64,000 nt of DNA, taken from positions 1 to 64,000 of the forward strand of contig NW_025765275.1 of assembly GCF_003918875.1 (NCBI RefSeq), written 5' to 3'. Below are positions 23,985 to 38,530 of this stretch, piece by piece. The notes below the pieces were generated by a model. It made no database searches and had not been told where the DNA came from. It was given only the letters and a program-made list of their open reading frames with translations. Source of the stretch: Haliotis rubra (Eukaryota). Within the stretch, counting starts at the first letter, position 1. Each line of letters opens with the position of its first letter. The translations under genes were made by a program, and so were the position numbers.

Positions 23985-26071
23985 TACACGTGTAATGCAA
24001 ACGACACATATGAAGCAAGTGTAGATTTTACTGAGGTTCAGAATCTCCAATCTCACAGGGCATTTCAGTCTTAATGGAGAAGTTTTTGTTCTATCACAAA
24101 TACTTATTTTCAGGGACTGAGCGTCAAAGGAATATCTACCGAAACTTAAGAAACCTCAAACTTTGTAGTATTTAGAATCTGGTATGATGAAGAGGAATAA
24201 CATTAATGGTGCTTCATTTCGGTGTTAGCATTTTGTCTATCCATAGAATTTGTTCCTATTCAACTACCACAAACTACTGTCTGAGATACCCGGGTGCCCT
24301 TGGACAAATAATCTTAGCGCATGGTGGTCGTTTTCCCCATTCCTTAACAGAGACTTAGAGCAGTCGTAGGACTAATGTTGTTTGTACAGTGGCACTCGGT
24401 TCTATATAGTCCCACCCCAGAGTTAAACACTTACACGTGTATAACCGGATATGTTTCAGCCGATGCCGATGTCTTCAGTGTAGCTACCTTCCCAGACGGA
24501 CGTTACGAGATAAAGATCAATAATGTCACGTGGTTGAGCAGCGCCCCAACATTCTTCGTCATCAACGACACGCGCTTCTCCGCCGATGATGGCAGCCTCG
24601 TTCTCGACAGTATCAACACTACCATATCCGGTACAGGCCAGTTCGGGGTCGAGGTCTCCAAGAACTTCCATTACCGAGCTGGTGACGTTCCAGTCATCAC
24701 GAGTATCGTCATATACGGGACATCAATCATGTCATTCATAGTGGTAATGTACCTTTCAAACTTTTCAACGTGCAGAACGCAAAAAATAATCTTTATTGTA
24801 GATGGATGTAAATACATTTACATTGATGCTTCTCATTTCGTTTTACATTATTGTAATTATTGTTACGTTAGGGAACAGTCTTTACTTATAACATGTTCTT
24901 TCTACGATACACATCTAGCTGGAAATTTCGGCTGCGTTTGTAAATAGTTACGTTATCTGATTGTTTCGGACTTCCTCTGTTCCCGTCCACTTGCTTTGTT
25001 TTGTATAAGTTGTAAACAATATGTGTTTGGAGTTTCTGCAAGGAAGCACTTTAACAAACACGAGGATAATTTGGATATTCATGATGACTCTTTCATTTCA
25101 TTTTGATGAAGCGCTTCCCCGACGGAGCCTCAAACACAAATCAAAGCAACATAGACGGTGTTATCTGTGGTTACCCCGGATTCAAACTGGACACCACGTC
25201 CAAACTGGGATACATGTCGTTCGGGGGAGCTGACTTTCAACAGTCCGTCGGAAGGTAAGCTACTCGGTGAATACTAGGACAATTGCTATTTGCACTGCAA
25301 GTAACAATCCAAAACTTTGTTTTCTAAGTAAGGATTAGATATAACCTCTATATTTACAATGTAGAGCAACGATTCGGTGTAGATTCTAACACTGCTATAA
25401 AACAGGTGATGTACAGGGTGGTGTAGGGAAGCTAATATACAGATATGAAGTAGCGTTTTACAATGGAGCAGAGACGCCTGTTGAATACATAGGAGAGAAT
25501 CTGAGATACATTAGGTCCTTACAAATGAAACCAGTCGAATTACCACAGAAGGATTACCTCTGATTGAAGTCTTTGATGAGATGATGGTAAGCTGGGGTAT
25601 GTATCAGCCTTGGTCATGACTGATAGATAGTTGAAATCTTTAATATGGATGTCTTCTTGGAGATGTCTGAGTTTGAAGTGAGGGCTCTGATTTTGTCCTA
25701 CTGGATGCTGTGGTTTTAACGAATATGGTCAGATGGATCTGATTTCATGTCTTGTTTAGACACCGAGCAATGTTATGTTGATGCTTGTTATCGTATCCCA
25801 GCAACGTAGATAGATGCTCCAGGTGTCAATCACCCGATAGTCTTGTTGAGACTCGACTATGTACAGGCCACTGTAGCTGGTTTACTGCGTGTCCCGAGAC
25901 ATACGAAAACTGGATACGATCTATTCTCTTGTCTCTTACCTGACGGCACGTATTTGGCTTCTTGGGCTTACTGCATTGATACATTAACAGACTCAATGTC
26001 AACTAATGAAAAACAATATATGTCGGAATCTCAGTGTGTGAAATAATATCAAATGCTGGAATTACTTCCAT

Positions 26072-26216
26072 GGAGTGAGTGAGTTGCTTTGAGTAATATT
26101 CCAGCAATATTGGGACACCAAAAATGGGCGTCACACTGCACCCATGTGGGGAATCGAACCCAGGTCTTCGGCGTGACGGGCGAACGCTTTAAACACTAGG
26201 CTACCCCACCGCCCCA
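26072..26216 (-). mobile_element. Older copy of the short tRNA-derived SINE (intron 3; duplicate at about 50806-50948; interrupted in copy 1)
   Basis: gagtgagtgag ... ggggaatcgaacccaggtcttcggcgtgacg ... ctaccccaccgcccc. Confidence 0.8.
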
Positions 26217-29200
26217 CTCCCATGGAAGATCGTAAAGATGAGTAAGAACATACAGATCGAAAAATGTCTCTTCAAAGATTTGTGCAGTGTCGGGGTTACA
26301 GCACGACAGCTTTGAGATTGGTTTGTACCAGACCTTATTGGGATGTTTCTAATGTTCACCCTTCAGTCATAATTTCCCAAATGTCCTTTCTTCTTTTGCG
26401 GGAACACTTGACTTGCCTCCGACTGCCACCCGTGAGCATCTGATATGATCCTTATGACACAGTGGAATCGGTGATTTGTTATTACGAATATAGTTCCTGT
26501 CCCCAATCATATTGAGTACATTTCGTCACCTGAATAAGTTTATTTCTTATTTCAAGATCCAAAAAAAATGCAAATAAATTCCCATACATAATATCTCCCT
26601 GTTACTGGAATATTCTGGGCTGCCTGTGGTCATGCACGAACATATTACTGTATCTGACACTCACGAAACACTGACTTTTCTTCAGATGGGATCCGTCCGC
26701 ATCCATCCATGATGGTTTGGAAGGTTCCAGCCCCTTCTCAGTGTTTGACACAAGAGGAAATGCTGTGGCATTTGGACAACTGAATAATGTCATGACGACA
26801 CCAATGTGGCACGACAAAACCAACAACTTCCTGTACTATGGAATTATGGGAGGAATCGAACAGATCCCGACAAATTTCTCCTACCACATTTTGGCAGCAT
26901 ATTCCTCAGGGGGACCTGAAAGTGTAATTAGATATTCTATTTAGTGAACATCTCGTCGGCTCGTTTGAGGAATAAATGGTGTTTAAAGGGTTATTCATTC
27001 AGCGACTATATTTTGTCCATTTCTGAATTTCAAGTAGGTTCTAAGAAAAGGGAGTTTGGATCAAGTCGATAAACAAAATGGCTGCCGTACCTCGTTTTCA
27101 TCCAAATACTAAAGACACCAAGCGTAATCCTTGCCACATGCACGAGTAAAGCACACACAAGGTACAACCAGACATGTCGGTAGTCCTTGTGTCTTCAACA
27201 GGTATTGAAGGTTAATGTTGTTTATGAGTAAACAGAGTTTCAGTGTCGTTGGTCTGTAGGCATGTCGTTATTGTTGGTTTCGGTGCACACCGTGTCTTCG
27301 TCCTTACCAATAGGCACCGTGTTATTGACGCAGTTCTGTCGAACATATTAAAGACAACCATCTGCTCTGAATATCATCCTCTATATACATGGGAATATGT
27401 GTTAGTCTGTTACGATTAAGATCTACATTTTTAACTTATCCAAATGTGTTGGGATTTGAATGCTTCTATTTCTGAGATGAAATATTTCAATATACTTTCA
27501 TTGAAAACACAGAAAGGCATCCCTTCCATACCAAAAACAACCTCAACATATAAAACATCCATCTGGTAGGATAATCAGTTATGTTGTACATAGTTTCATC
27601 AGCGGACTATCATCGGGTTCTGCCAGGACAATATGCCTGTGTATAGCTCTGGAGTATAGCTCTGTGATACCGACTAAATATACATGTATACCCAGCACAC
27701 TTTGAAACTGTCGACAAACCAATATTCGTTAGCAGAAACTAAAACTCTCTCTCTCTTAATAGATTATTTTGTGTTCCTGACGTTAGATAATGTTTCCGTA
27801 CAACTTCTTCAAAGTGGTGATTTTATTTTCAACTTTTCAGAGTCTGTCTGTGTGGGGTTTCGTAATCAGGAGCTTTGTATAGAAGGAAGATAAACCGGCG
27901 GATCCCTCTGGGGACACACTGGGGTACTGGACAGATGAAGGTGACCTTAAACAATTTAATTAATGTCTACTTTAGGTCATTGCTGGTACAAGAATCCGTA
28001 TAGACGCGTCTCACCCACGAAATACAACAGTTGTTATCCATAAAGTATGTTAAATAGTGAGCTTGAGGTCTTGGCTTTGAATGTTTTGAGACAGTTTCAG
28101 GGCAGATTTTTGTTTCTCCACAAACGTGTCAGTTGTAATGTTTATTGTCTGAATAGAGTACGTGAGTATAGTTTTAGCAATATTTCGGCAATATCATGAG
28201 ATACAGGCTTCCCACATTGTATCCATGTTGGGAACCGAACCCGGGTCTTCAGTGTCACGAGCGGACGCTTTAACCTCCAGGCTACCTGTCTCAATAGAAG
28301 TCATCAAGCAATATCTAACGACTCAAAGGCACAAGATAATAGTATCACCAACATATGTCACATTGAAATCCCCTTGTGTACAATGATAACTTCCAGTCAC
28401 CTAAATCGAGGGTTTGAATCCCACTTGGTATTTGTCTAGGTTTGGTAGCACCATACAAATGTTCTTTTGTTTTCGAAGAGTGGTGAATGCCTCAGACCTG
28501 CATCCCTTCGGTGGGACCTTCTGCCTTCATGTGCCTACTGTTTCTATGTCAAGGCGTCAACGTCCTACTATTTCCATGTCAATGTTACAGGGTCCTACTA
28601 TTTCGATAAAACCGATGGAACATCAACGTATGAAGATACATTGATCAAAGTGTTTGCTGATGCCCGCAATAGAAGTATACAATACAGGTACCTGTATAGT
28701 TTTGGTACAATAGGACAACAATTGATAAGATGGCGTATTGCGTCGATGAGGCAATGTATTTATGATTAATTTACAGTATATATATCTTGATAACTGAAAC
28801 ATCTGGCCGATTGAGTCGCCTGAGGTGCAGATTTGTGTGACATTTATGTATTTCCGATGACTGAATATTTTAGACCAAAATCATGAAAAATGGTTCCAGT
28901 GCCGCGATATGTGATTAACGTGAACATATCCTGCAACGTAGCATGTTACCCATACGCTGTGATATATCTCTATTTGCACAACAGATAATTTTTATTCATT
29001 CATCTTTTGGTTCGGAACATATATCCTCATTCCTTTTTCTCCTCTTTCGATGCTTATCTTTCTTTTATTCCTAAATCTTCCGTATTCCTTGGTCACGTAT
29101 TCTGCAAATGATCTATTGTTATTCCTAATGCATGCACTCCTCGTATATACGCTTATTTCTGTTTCATATCTTCTGCAGGTATGTAGAACTGGACACCTGG

Positions 29201-31547
29201 TGGTTTACAAAAGGTCAAGGTGGAGGGGTCAAGGAGTGGACAGCACCAGCAGACATCTTCCCCAACGGCATCGAGTACGTCTACAGTAATCTAACATTAC
29301 TGGTGGTAAATCAGTTTCCCTATTGACACATTGATATTAATGGTAACACTGTACTACCAAATATTTTTAGTGTTCATCAATACATAGGTAGCCCGACTAA
29401 ACAACATTCTATACGATTTACAACTTTGTACAGATTGTGTTCGGTTTTGCACAAGTTCTGAAGGAGAAATTGAACGTAATGATAAATCCCAGCAACCCTC
29501 AACCCTTATGTAGCAAGTCATTCACACACGCACGCACGCACGCACGCGTGCGAAAAATAGAAAACAGAGTTTTTGGTGGAAGGGTAGTTGTCTTGACATA
29601 TCCCGCTTTAAGACCTGACCTGCCCATTGAGAATAAGATGATGACATGCATTGTTTTGTTGTGGACTAGTCGGACAACACCACCTTCAGAACGATCTGGG
29701 AAAACGGTAATACAGATATAATGAATGTTATGTTTGTTTTCAGGTATGTCCACAGGAGTTTGAACGTACCTATTGTGGCGAAAAATAATTTCTGGTGAGT
29801 TGTGAGAAGGGAGCTTCGCAGAATGAACTAAGTGAAAGCATTAACATACTTTAGTCTTTGACGGCTCAGTAGGGACATGATCGGGTTGTCTGTGTCTTAG
29901 TTGGGTGAGGGGCTCGGCCAGTTGTCCTGGAGGCAGTGACTTCGCTACACTTCCGAGGACATTGTTTCGTGGTCTGTTGTGAAAAGCACTACGATGTCCA
30001 GAAGGACATTAATTATGTTACGTTGATTCCGTGAAACTGTGGCACGTTCAAAAGAACTAATTTCAATATTTATTTATTGCAGGTCCAGTGATAACCTATA
30101 CGCAACACAAAATGGCGGACAGTTCAATTTTGAAATGGAAGGAGACATGGCAATACCGACAGATGAGGCATTTACAAATATTATTGATTTATACATATAG
30201 TTTACATTGAGTGTGGAACGGTTTATTTCATCAAAGTAACTGGTCTTGTTTCATAATAATATGATATATTTAGGTAATCATTTTTAATACTGAAATATGG
30301 AACCATGAAGATTTAGTATTTGAAATACGACAAGTGTATCATGATGTGTCCACAAACAATGTCACTTAAAGGAAGTGATCTACTGATCCACTCAATTTTT
30401 AACCACTCTGACCCTGACTTTAAACCAATCACCAGCGCCCTGTGGTGGTTGTAAGAGGCGACTAAAAAGATCCTTTGGTCAGGCTATGGTGTTTGGTAGA
30501 TGGCGTGTCATCATACTACGAAAGCGTGGAGTGACTGAGAGAGCTGGATTTTTACGCCGCGTTTTAAAGCTTGTCTCATGCTGAGTCTACCTCAACAAAC
30601 AATGCAACAATCTACCAATGAAGGAGCAGTGAAAATACTTTTCGATTCGGAACCATGTGACGTCAGTGAATGATTTGTATATTTCCAGGCGTTCTGGGAC
30701 AAAATCTTCAGTGATTCCAAGCAGTGGGGATTGGCCACATATATACAGGTAGGATTTGCCACCATGCGCTCTCGATTATATTCTGCACTGAATTATGCAT
30801 CGATATTTCTTCAAAAAGGCTTTCTTAGAACGTTAACGCTGATGACGTCACAAAACAATCAGACGTTTCAGTGTAATCGATATTCTAAAGAGGCGGTCGT
30901 GAATTGTTTTATGGTACATATTGAACAAACAGGGTATTAGCAGAATGTTAGTAGTAAGTGTATGTCCCGGTTCTTATTGTTATACACGTGAAATGAAAGT
31001 TCTGTACGGAACAATATATGCTGCATGCTTTATATTCGCGCAATTTCTAAACAATGATGACAAAAATCCTTCCTGACTGATACAGAAGTGCCCGAGGGTC
31101 TCAGTGATGTTGCAAATACTTTACAATACCGCTTATTGCGAAGTTTAATCTATGTGTATCAGTCAACAGAATATTGTCTCCTGCAGGACAACATGACGGA
31201 AATATTCCGTACTTTCCCACGGATGCAGACGGACCTTAACTTTGCGCGAGATTGGTTGGTTAAAATGGCGGCGTCTGCTTTGAAACACAACATCACCATC
31301 CAGTACAGTGGAGCCACCCCAACGATGGCGCTCTTGGCACTCCAGTTACCGGCTGTCACCCAGGTCAGAAACAGTCGTGGATGTTGATGTCGGTACATTT
31401 AGCATATTCACAGTGGCATAATACGCTTACTGTGCATCCACTTTAGGACAAATTATGCATCCAGTCATAAGAAAGGTATGGTCCAGTCTGATGTTTCCCC
31501 CGATACAATCCTCTGTATGAAGATCTAACAACTCGCAACAGGATATA

Positions 31548-33125
31548 TACTACCGACAATAAGTATGGGAACACCCAAAGATCAAAGTATAACAAAGAAA
31601 ATTTAAAGTGGCAGGGTCGGTTTATTACAAGGGTACAGAAAACATTATTTGTTCTTAAAATGTAATGGATTTATGGGCAGATATCATTGACTGCAATGCC
31701 AGTACAAGCAGCGGAAGAGGATAGGGGTCAAAACGGAAAGTCACAGTATCAATAGTGGGTGTGTCCTCCACGTTGATTGATGCATTCTGTACATCTGCGC
31801 CTCATGGACCTGACAAGGGTCGGAGGGTAGCTTGGGGAATCAACTGCCATTCAATCTGGAGCCACTGTACAAGAACCTGAAGAGTCGGTGCCATTCCATG
31901 ATTGTCTCTAGCACGTCTTTCAAGAATGTCCCATAGATGTTCAATTGGAGCCAGATCCGGTGAATAAGCTGGCCACTGCATCACATTCACATTACTTTGT
32001 CACAAGAAGTCTCTAACGACTCGAGCTCGATGTGGTCTGCATTGTCATCTTGCAGCTGTGCTCCGGCACCAATGGTGTTCAAAGCTGGAAGAACCAGAGG
32101 ACGCAGAATCTCATCCCGGTACCTCAATCCAGTCAAATTGCCCTGTACATGGTACAGAGGAGTACGGTGATGTAAGCTGAAGCCTCCCCAAACCATCACA
32201 GAGACACCACCAAATCTGTTCCTCTCCCTCACAGTAGCATCGTGGTAACGTTCTCCACGCCTCCTGAAAACCCTAATCCTTCCATCGTTGTGCTCAAGAC
32301 AGAATCGTGACTCGTCAGTGAAGAGTACCCCGGATCACTGTTGCTGATTCCATCTCAAATGTGCTCTGGCCCAGGCCAGTCTTGCAGCTCTATGATGTGG
32401 GCGGCGATGAGGACGTACCGCTGGACGACGTGACCGTACATTAGCAGCTCTGAGACGGTTCCTGATGGTTGAGATGCTGACGTTTGTGTTGGTTGCATGT
32501 CTGAGCTGCAGCCGTATAGCACTGGCAGTTGTGAAGCGGTTCCTAAGGGCGTGGAGTACGACATATCGATCGTCTGCCCTTGTCGTTTTTCGTGGCCTTC
32601 CTGACCGAGCTCTGTCTTGTACTCGGCCGGTGGTTTGGAACCGTTCCCTCAGCCTATGAATGACGGAAGGGGACACCTGAAGACGACGACCAACGCTTCT
32701 TAAGGAGCAAGGCAATGGCCCTGCTTCTGTTGTTGTCGTTTAATGGTCTAAGCTTAGGCATATTGGGGTAATTGTGAGGCTTCAACACTGTCTGCAGCTT
32801 CTTCTAAGGAAAAGTTGCCACAACATGCATGGGAAGTCTGTCTTTCACGTGCACGAGGTTGCTGTGTTTGGGCGTTTGAATCAGACACAGTGCAGGTTTG
32901 TTTTGACACCTTCGTTTTTTGCTGTTTTGGACACATTTTAATTTCATCAAAACTTCACAAATATTGAAGCAATTGCTTCAACTGTTTTTTTAACATGTCT
33001 TTAAAGTGTCCACTAAGCACATGTCACAGATACATTTCACTTTTATGAATTAATGAAGCCACCGCTGTCAGGTTTGTGCATGGCGATCAAATTTGAGGGT
33101 GTTCCCATACTTTTTGTTTGTAGTA
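31548..33125 (-). mobile_element. Tc1/mariner DNA transposon (Tc1-type), full length 1578 bp, inactive; in intron 11 of copy 2 only
   Basis: 29-bp TIRs (tactaccgacaataagtatgggaacaccc vs the reverse complement of gggtgttcccatactttttgtttgtagta, 26/29 identical). TA duplication at 31546-31547 and 33126-33127. Empty site caggatatattttgt in copy 3 (about 57107-57120). Confidence 0.95.
31749..32761 (-). pseudogene. Disrupted Tc1-type DDE transposase
   Basis: HTH region (RSGRPRKTT), then VLFTDESRF, VMVWGG, LQDDNA, WPAYSPDLAPIEHLW and a C-terminal GGHTHY. It has an in-frame TGA near 32335 and several frameshifts. Confidence 0.92.
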
Positions 33126-34599
33126 TATTTTGTCATATGCCATGACGTATGAAACGACAGTGAAACATCGACATATATATAGTTGGGCTATAATAGTTAC
33201 ATTCGGAATGCGGCGTTGTACTTCGTTTCGAGTTACACAAATCAGATTTGCTGCTCCGAATGCTTCTCACTCGCACCGAGAATTTACATTAGATATTAAT
33301 ACCTTTATCCAGGTGCGCGTCCTGGGAGGCTATGGCACAGAGTTGGACCAGAGGAATATTCTTGCTTCGTCCGTATTCTCCTCACTTTTAGATGTGTTGG
33401 TCTTCAAAGGTGTGGTCCGTACACAAAACCAGAAGGGAGGTGGGAACATTTCTTATGGTTGCTATTGTGGTTAATGTTAGTTTACATTTTTGTTGTTGTT
33501 GATATAACCATTCCCGTTGTTGTTATCGGCAGCGGCCATTAAGCCTAGTGGTATTGACGGCACGTCTAAACCAGGTGAACCAGCATGAATGTAGACAACT
33601 GTGTAAAATCTCTCTCCTTCAACTCCCTAATCAGCTCCGACAACGGTGACATAGGTCTTTGATCGCTGCCTGACGACCCCGAGACATTTGATAGCAAATC
33701 ATTTTATTGAAACTTTTGAATAGGATTTGGACCGCAATATACATTTTGATGTTCGAAATTCGTTAAAAAACGGCGACATGATAATTGACTCAGCTCAGGT
33801 ACAGCGAAGATTATTTTGACATCTTAAAATTGTTCCAACCTGTGAATGTGTAAGGCATGCATTGCCTATATGGCTGAAATGTGGACTAGTACAGAGTTTA
33901 GCAATACTTTCTTTCAAGGCACTGGATCAATCTCTGCAGCCCAGAGCAGCGTGATAGCTGTCCTGTCGCGGGGTCCTGTGGGGATTGGTGACCAGATCGG
34001 ACATACCAATACTTCCATCATCAATCGGTAGTCACCTTTTCATCTATCCCCTCCCATCAATGATAATAATTATACACAAATGGCCTGAAAACTGAAACAG
34101 GGGGCTTTCTGTTTCCCATCTGTTTTGCATTAAGATGTAAATGTATGTGAATTCAACGAGACTGAATTTAATTCTTCTCCGTGTATGTCAATAAATTTTC
34201 TTTACCTTTTGACATAAACGTGAACCAGGAAAACACATATATAAAGCAATATCCGAAACATACGAAATGTCCCCAGAACCAAGTTGTCCAACTGCTCATT
34301 GTTCTTGGTGCCTTGGGTTTAGTACCTCCCAGTCTCTTGGCTGTCGTTGGTATAGTGTCCGAGTTTGATGCCAGGAGCACAACCCTTCTCACTCTCTAGG
34401 TAATGTAGAAGGTTGCAATGTTGGGCAGTCTGCAAATTCTCGGAAACGTATTTGATGGGTTCGACTAAGCAGCGCTTCCTGGTCCGTATTCGATTATTTA
34501 CAGACAGCTGTCATATCGCTGGAGTATTGCTGAGTACGGCGTTGAACAACAGCCAAACCAATCGACATCAAACCTGTATTAGTCTACACTCATTCCCTT

Positions 34600-35335
34600 C
34601 TCAGCTCTAGTGGCACTCAGCCCGCTCTCACTTCTAGTAGCCTATATGCACAACACTCTCTATAGTAGGCTGTACTCATTCCCTTCTCAGCTCTGGTGAC
34701 TCTCATCCAACTCTAACCTCTAGTAGGCCATGTTTATGACACTCTCATCTCTGTAGAAGCCTATTCCCATCTAGTGACTCTCATCCAACTCTAACCTCTA
34801 GTAGGCCATGTTTATGACACTCTCATCTCTGTAGAAGCCTATTCCCATCTAGTGACTCTCAGCCCACTCTCACCTCTAGTAGGCCATGTTTATGACACTC
34901 TCATCTCTGTAGAAGCCTATTCCCATCTAGTGACTCTCAGCCTACTCTCACCTCTAGTAGGCCATGTTTATGACACTCTCATCTCTGTAGAAGCCTATTC
35001 CCATCTAGTGACTCTCAGCCCACTCTAACCTCTAGTAGGCCATGTTTATGACACTCTCATCTCTGTAGAAGCCTATTCCCATCTAGTGACTCTCAGCCCA
35101 CTCTCACCTCTAGTAGGCCATGTTTATGACACTCTCATCTCTGTAGAAGCCTATTCCCATCTAGTGACTCTCATCCAACTCTAACCTCTAGTAGGCCATG
35201 TTTATGACACTCTCATGTCTGTAGAAGCCTATTCCCATCTAGTGACTCTCAGCCCACTCTCACCTCTAGTAGGCCATGTTTATGACACTCTCATATCTGT
35301 AGTAGCCTATTCCCATCTAGTGACTCTCATCCCAT
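34600..35335. repeat. 78-bp minisatellite, about 8-9 units, intron 13 of copy 2 (only about 1.5 units at 58660-58785 in copy 3)
   Basis: Same unit with copy-specific variants (atctctgtag, attccc, cagccc/catccaac). Confidence 0.95.
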
Positions 35336-38249
35336 CCTCAGCTCAAGTACTGTCGATGACAAACATATAGATATCTGGCAATTTTGCTCTCAGGATATGT
35401 AGCTCTGATGGAACTATCCTCAAACCAAACAGCCCTGCACTCGAAATAAATGCTCAGGTTGTGCAGGTGAGTAAGCTGTGAGCGACCCCAACTCCGCTTT
35501 TTGAACAGTTTGTATGTAATGTCACGAACTGACAAAATAATCGATACCTCTCAATTGTTTTACCATGCGTATGGTTTTTAATTGCAAATATCTTAAGTTT
35601 ATTATCTTAAGCGATATTATTTCCAAAACCTAGATTGTGCTAACGTGTGGTTAGTTCTCAGAGAATACCTCACCATGGTACTTTCGTGTTAAATTTAATT
35701 TCATTTAAGACTTGATCTATCAAAGAAAGACTGTTTTTTGTTTAGCTCGTGGTGCAAAATGTATGCGAGTGTAAATCTATGACACATATCATTGACGTGT
35801 AACCATGCAAATGACACCATCAGTGGATCTGTCCATGATTAAGGAACAAAAAGCTTCACCAATCTGTTGAGAGACTTACTTGCTAAGGGTACAACTCACA
35901 GGTCTCTACGATTCAACTCTGTTAACTTTAACATCAGTTGCTATGTTTTAAAGATCACATGGTCATATCAGTAGCACATAATGTACCCGTTGAAGTGAAG
36001 AGCGCTTGTCTTGTCTGCAGGTTCAGTCAAAGGTGATGACGTTTCAACACGTGTTTATCAAAATATGCTGCTGCCTGTATAAGAAAGTAAAATTGCAAGT
36101 GCCGTCCACTATGTTCCAGATGACGTTTCAAGATGGCAGCGGCCCAGACGGCGACATTTGGGCGACACTCAACGGCCTGTATAGGGGTGGACCAAACCCG
36201 GAACAGGTGTACGGGATTATCTATGTTTCCGGCTTGAACAGGACGTTTGACATCACCCCGACGGCAGCCGACATTGGGTTTGAAGTGAGTATGTCGTACG
36301 TATTTAAAGGGACATTCGGCGCGAAGAAAGCGCAAGTCCCAGCCAATATGATTCAAGTAGTTGAAACATCACGTACGTCGTCAGTGATGTATCATACCTG
36401 TAAAGAATGCGTTAAGTTACGAATGTGAGACGACTTGCACTTTAGATTATGCATGTTGTATGTGCATATTGGTCTATCAAGCAAATAAGTCCCTACCCAA
36501 AACGATACTTAAAATGGCACGTGGCAGTTCTTCAATACTTCAAACATAAGCTGGAAATTGTGTGTTTCCAATGCTTGCTCTTCACATGGATAAATATCAG
36601 TCGGGTATGAGTTACCTCTGTTAAGTAATCGATACTTGGTACCTAATCCTCATCAATGAGATCGGGTAACAACACGTTGAACGTATTTCAGGTACATGTA
36701 CATAGAGAGCTTAGGATAACTTTGTGACTGAAGCGTTGGTTTGTTACGTTCACCTTCTGTGGTGTGCCATGGGTCCTGGAATGAAGGAAAATCACCGAAG
36801 CAACAATTAATGTCGGTACATCAGAAAATGGTACTTCCAATGCCTCCATCTTCCGGCTTCAGCACCTACACATATTTACTGTTGCAGTACCCAGTGAGCA
36901 AGATCTTCTCTGCAGCTGATCCAACAAAGCAGTACGACTTCAGCGACAGCAAACCCTTCACCATCCCGCCATGCCAACTGGAATTCTGCATGTACTATAC
37001 GTCACCAGTTATAAAATACAAGTAAGGCACCTATTATTCATATTTCGCAAAACTCAGCTTTCCAGATTGATATGCAAATACGTCTCTTGTGAATTAAGAA
37101 CATCCAAGAACACTAAGAGCTATCTGCAGCACCAACTTCAAGGCCACTTCTTCACTGTACTTATCAGTTATGTATGTTTTACGAGGTAAACAGGAAAATA
37201 TAAAGGAAATAAACAGTTGTATCATCTTCCGTAGGAATCTGTTTTTTTAACATGGGACTGAAATATATTCCGTTAAATTCCGTCGAATTCCGTAGATGTT
37301 TCTTGGCGGTGGGCGGTGTCGTTATCCACATTGGTGCAGTATGTGAAGTTCACATCTAGTGTCCCCGACTAGGATATTGCTGGAATAATGTCAGCATTAA
37401 TCATCCGTGTTTGTTTTGTTTAAAATGCTACATCACACACATTTTGAATATGTCACATACAAGATATTTGACATGCCTCCCAAATTTGCTTTCCGCCAAG
37501 TATTGAATCTTGACCTTCATCTAAGTTTATGTCAGAATATGGGATTGAGAAAAATGTGCCATGTTGGGGGATAAAACTGGAGATAAAGCCCATGACCAGC
37601 TGATCCTGTTACGGATAAGGGACATAACTGTATCATCTTATGCACCTTGGTTCTTCCAACGTCCTATGCTACAAATCCTTAAACCTTAGTGCAGTTTCCC
37701 GTGTACACGTTCGGGTGTTTCTTGAGGCTTTTAGGTATGCTTCAATACACGTATGTGTGAGTAATTTCCGTTACCATACTCTCCTGTACGTCTCCGGGAG
37801 TATATTGTTTCGAACCAGGTTTTGCTTTAGTGGCTCACATTTACACAAAATCGAATATTTTACCATTGATCTCTATAGAAACGTTGTATTTGTTGCTAAC
37901 ATTATCAAAGCCCGCTATTACATGTACACGTATGCATATTCTAACCTTAAAGAAACAAACCAGTTCCTTTTCCGAGTACAGGAAGCTAAACAGACCACAG
38001 TCCCGCACAAAATGTCGCCCGCTAGAAAATATATGTGGTCACATTCTACATACGTCGTGATGTAAACAAAGACAAGACCACATATTGGAACATATAGTCA
38101 GTTTTAGTTACTGGATGGATGTAGATACAATACACAGACATCTTACTAAAAATCATCCAATCACGGCTGTCCAATGATGTTAATGTGGCTTTCCCATCCT
38201 TTCGAGGTATCCATTCACAGCTGGGTGGACTGCGACACATAGTCACAGT

Positions 38250-38530
38250 ACTTTGTCCAAGTTTTACTGCACGTTGCTGTACCCGCAACTAGGTGTTTGC
38301 ACGTATTCATGTGACCACCATCTGGTCATATACTAACGGATTCGTAGGTTCTTTTAAGTGCACAGGGTTGTGTACTGTACACTAGCTAGGGTTTGTGACA
38401 ACACTGAAAGAGTCTGCACACAAAGTTGACTCCTTGGCGGTTTTTACACCAGGTCACAGATGGGATCGATCACGGCAACTTAAACTCGCTGGATCACGAG
38501 CCTGGCGTCTTAGACAGCTCGCCCACTACA
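38250..38530 (-). mobile_element. Probable old SINE of another family in intron 16 of copy 2
   Basis: gaaagagtctgcacacaaagttgactc core, plus a tRNA-like head on the minus strand (cgagctgtctaagacgccaggctcgtgatccag ... tcgatccc). Family not assigned. Confidence 0.4.

Noticed and set aside
27880-27882. Programmed readthrough or recoding of the TAG in copy 2
   Set aside because: Single-base change from the TAC present in both sister copies; a nonsense mutation or base error is simpler.
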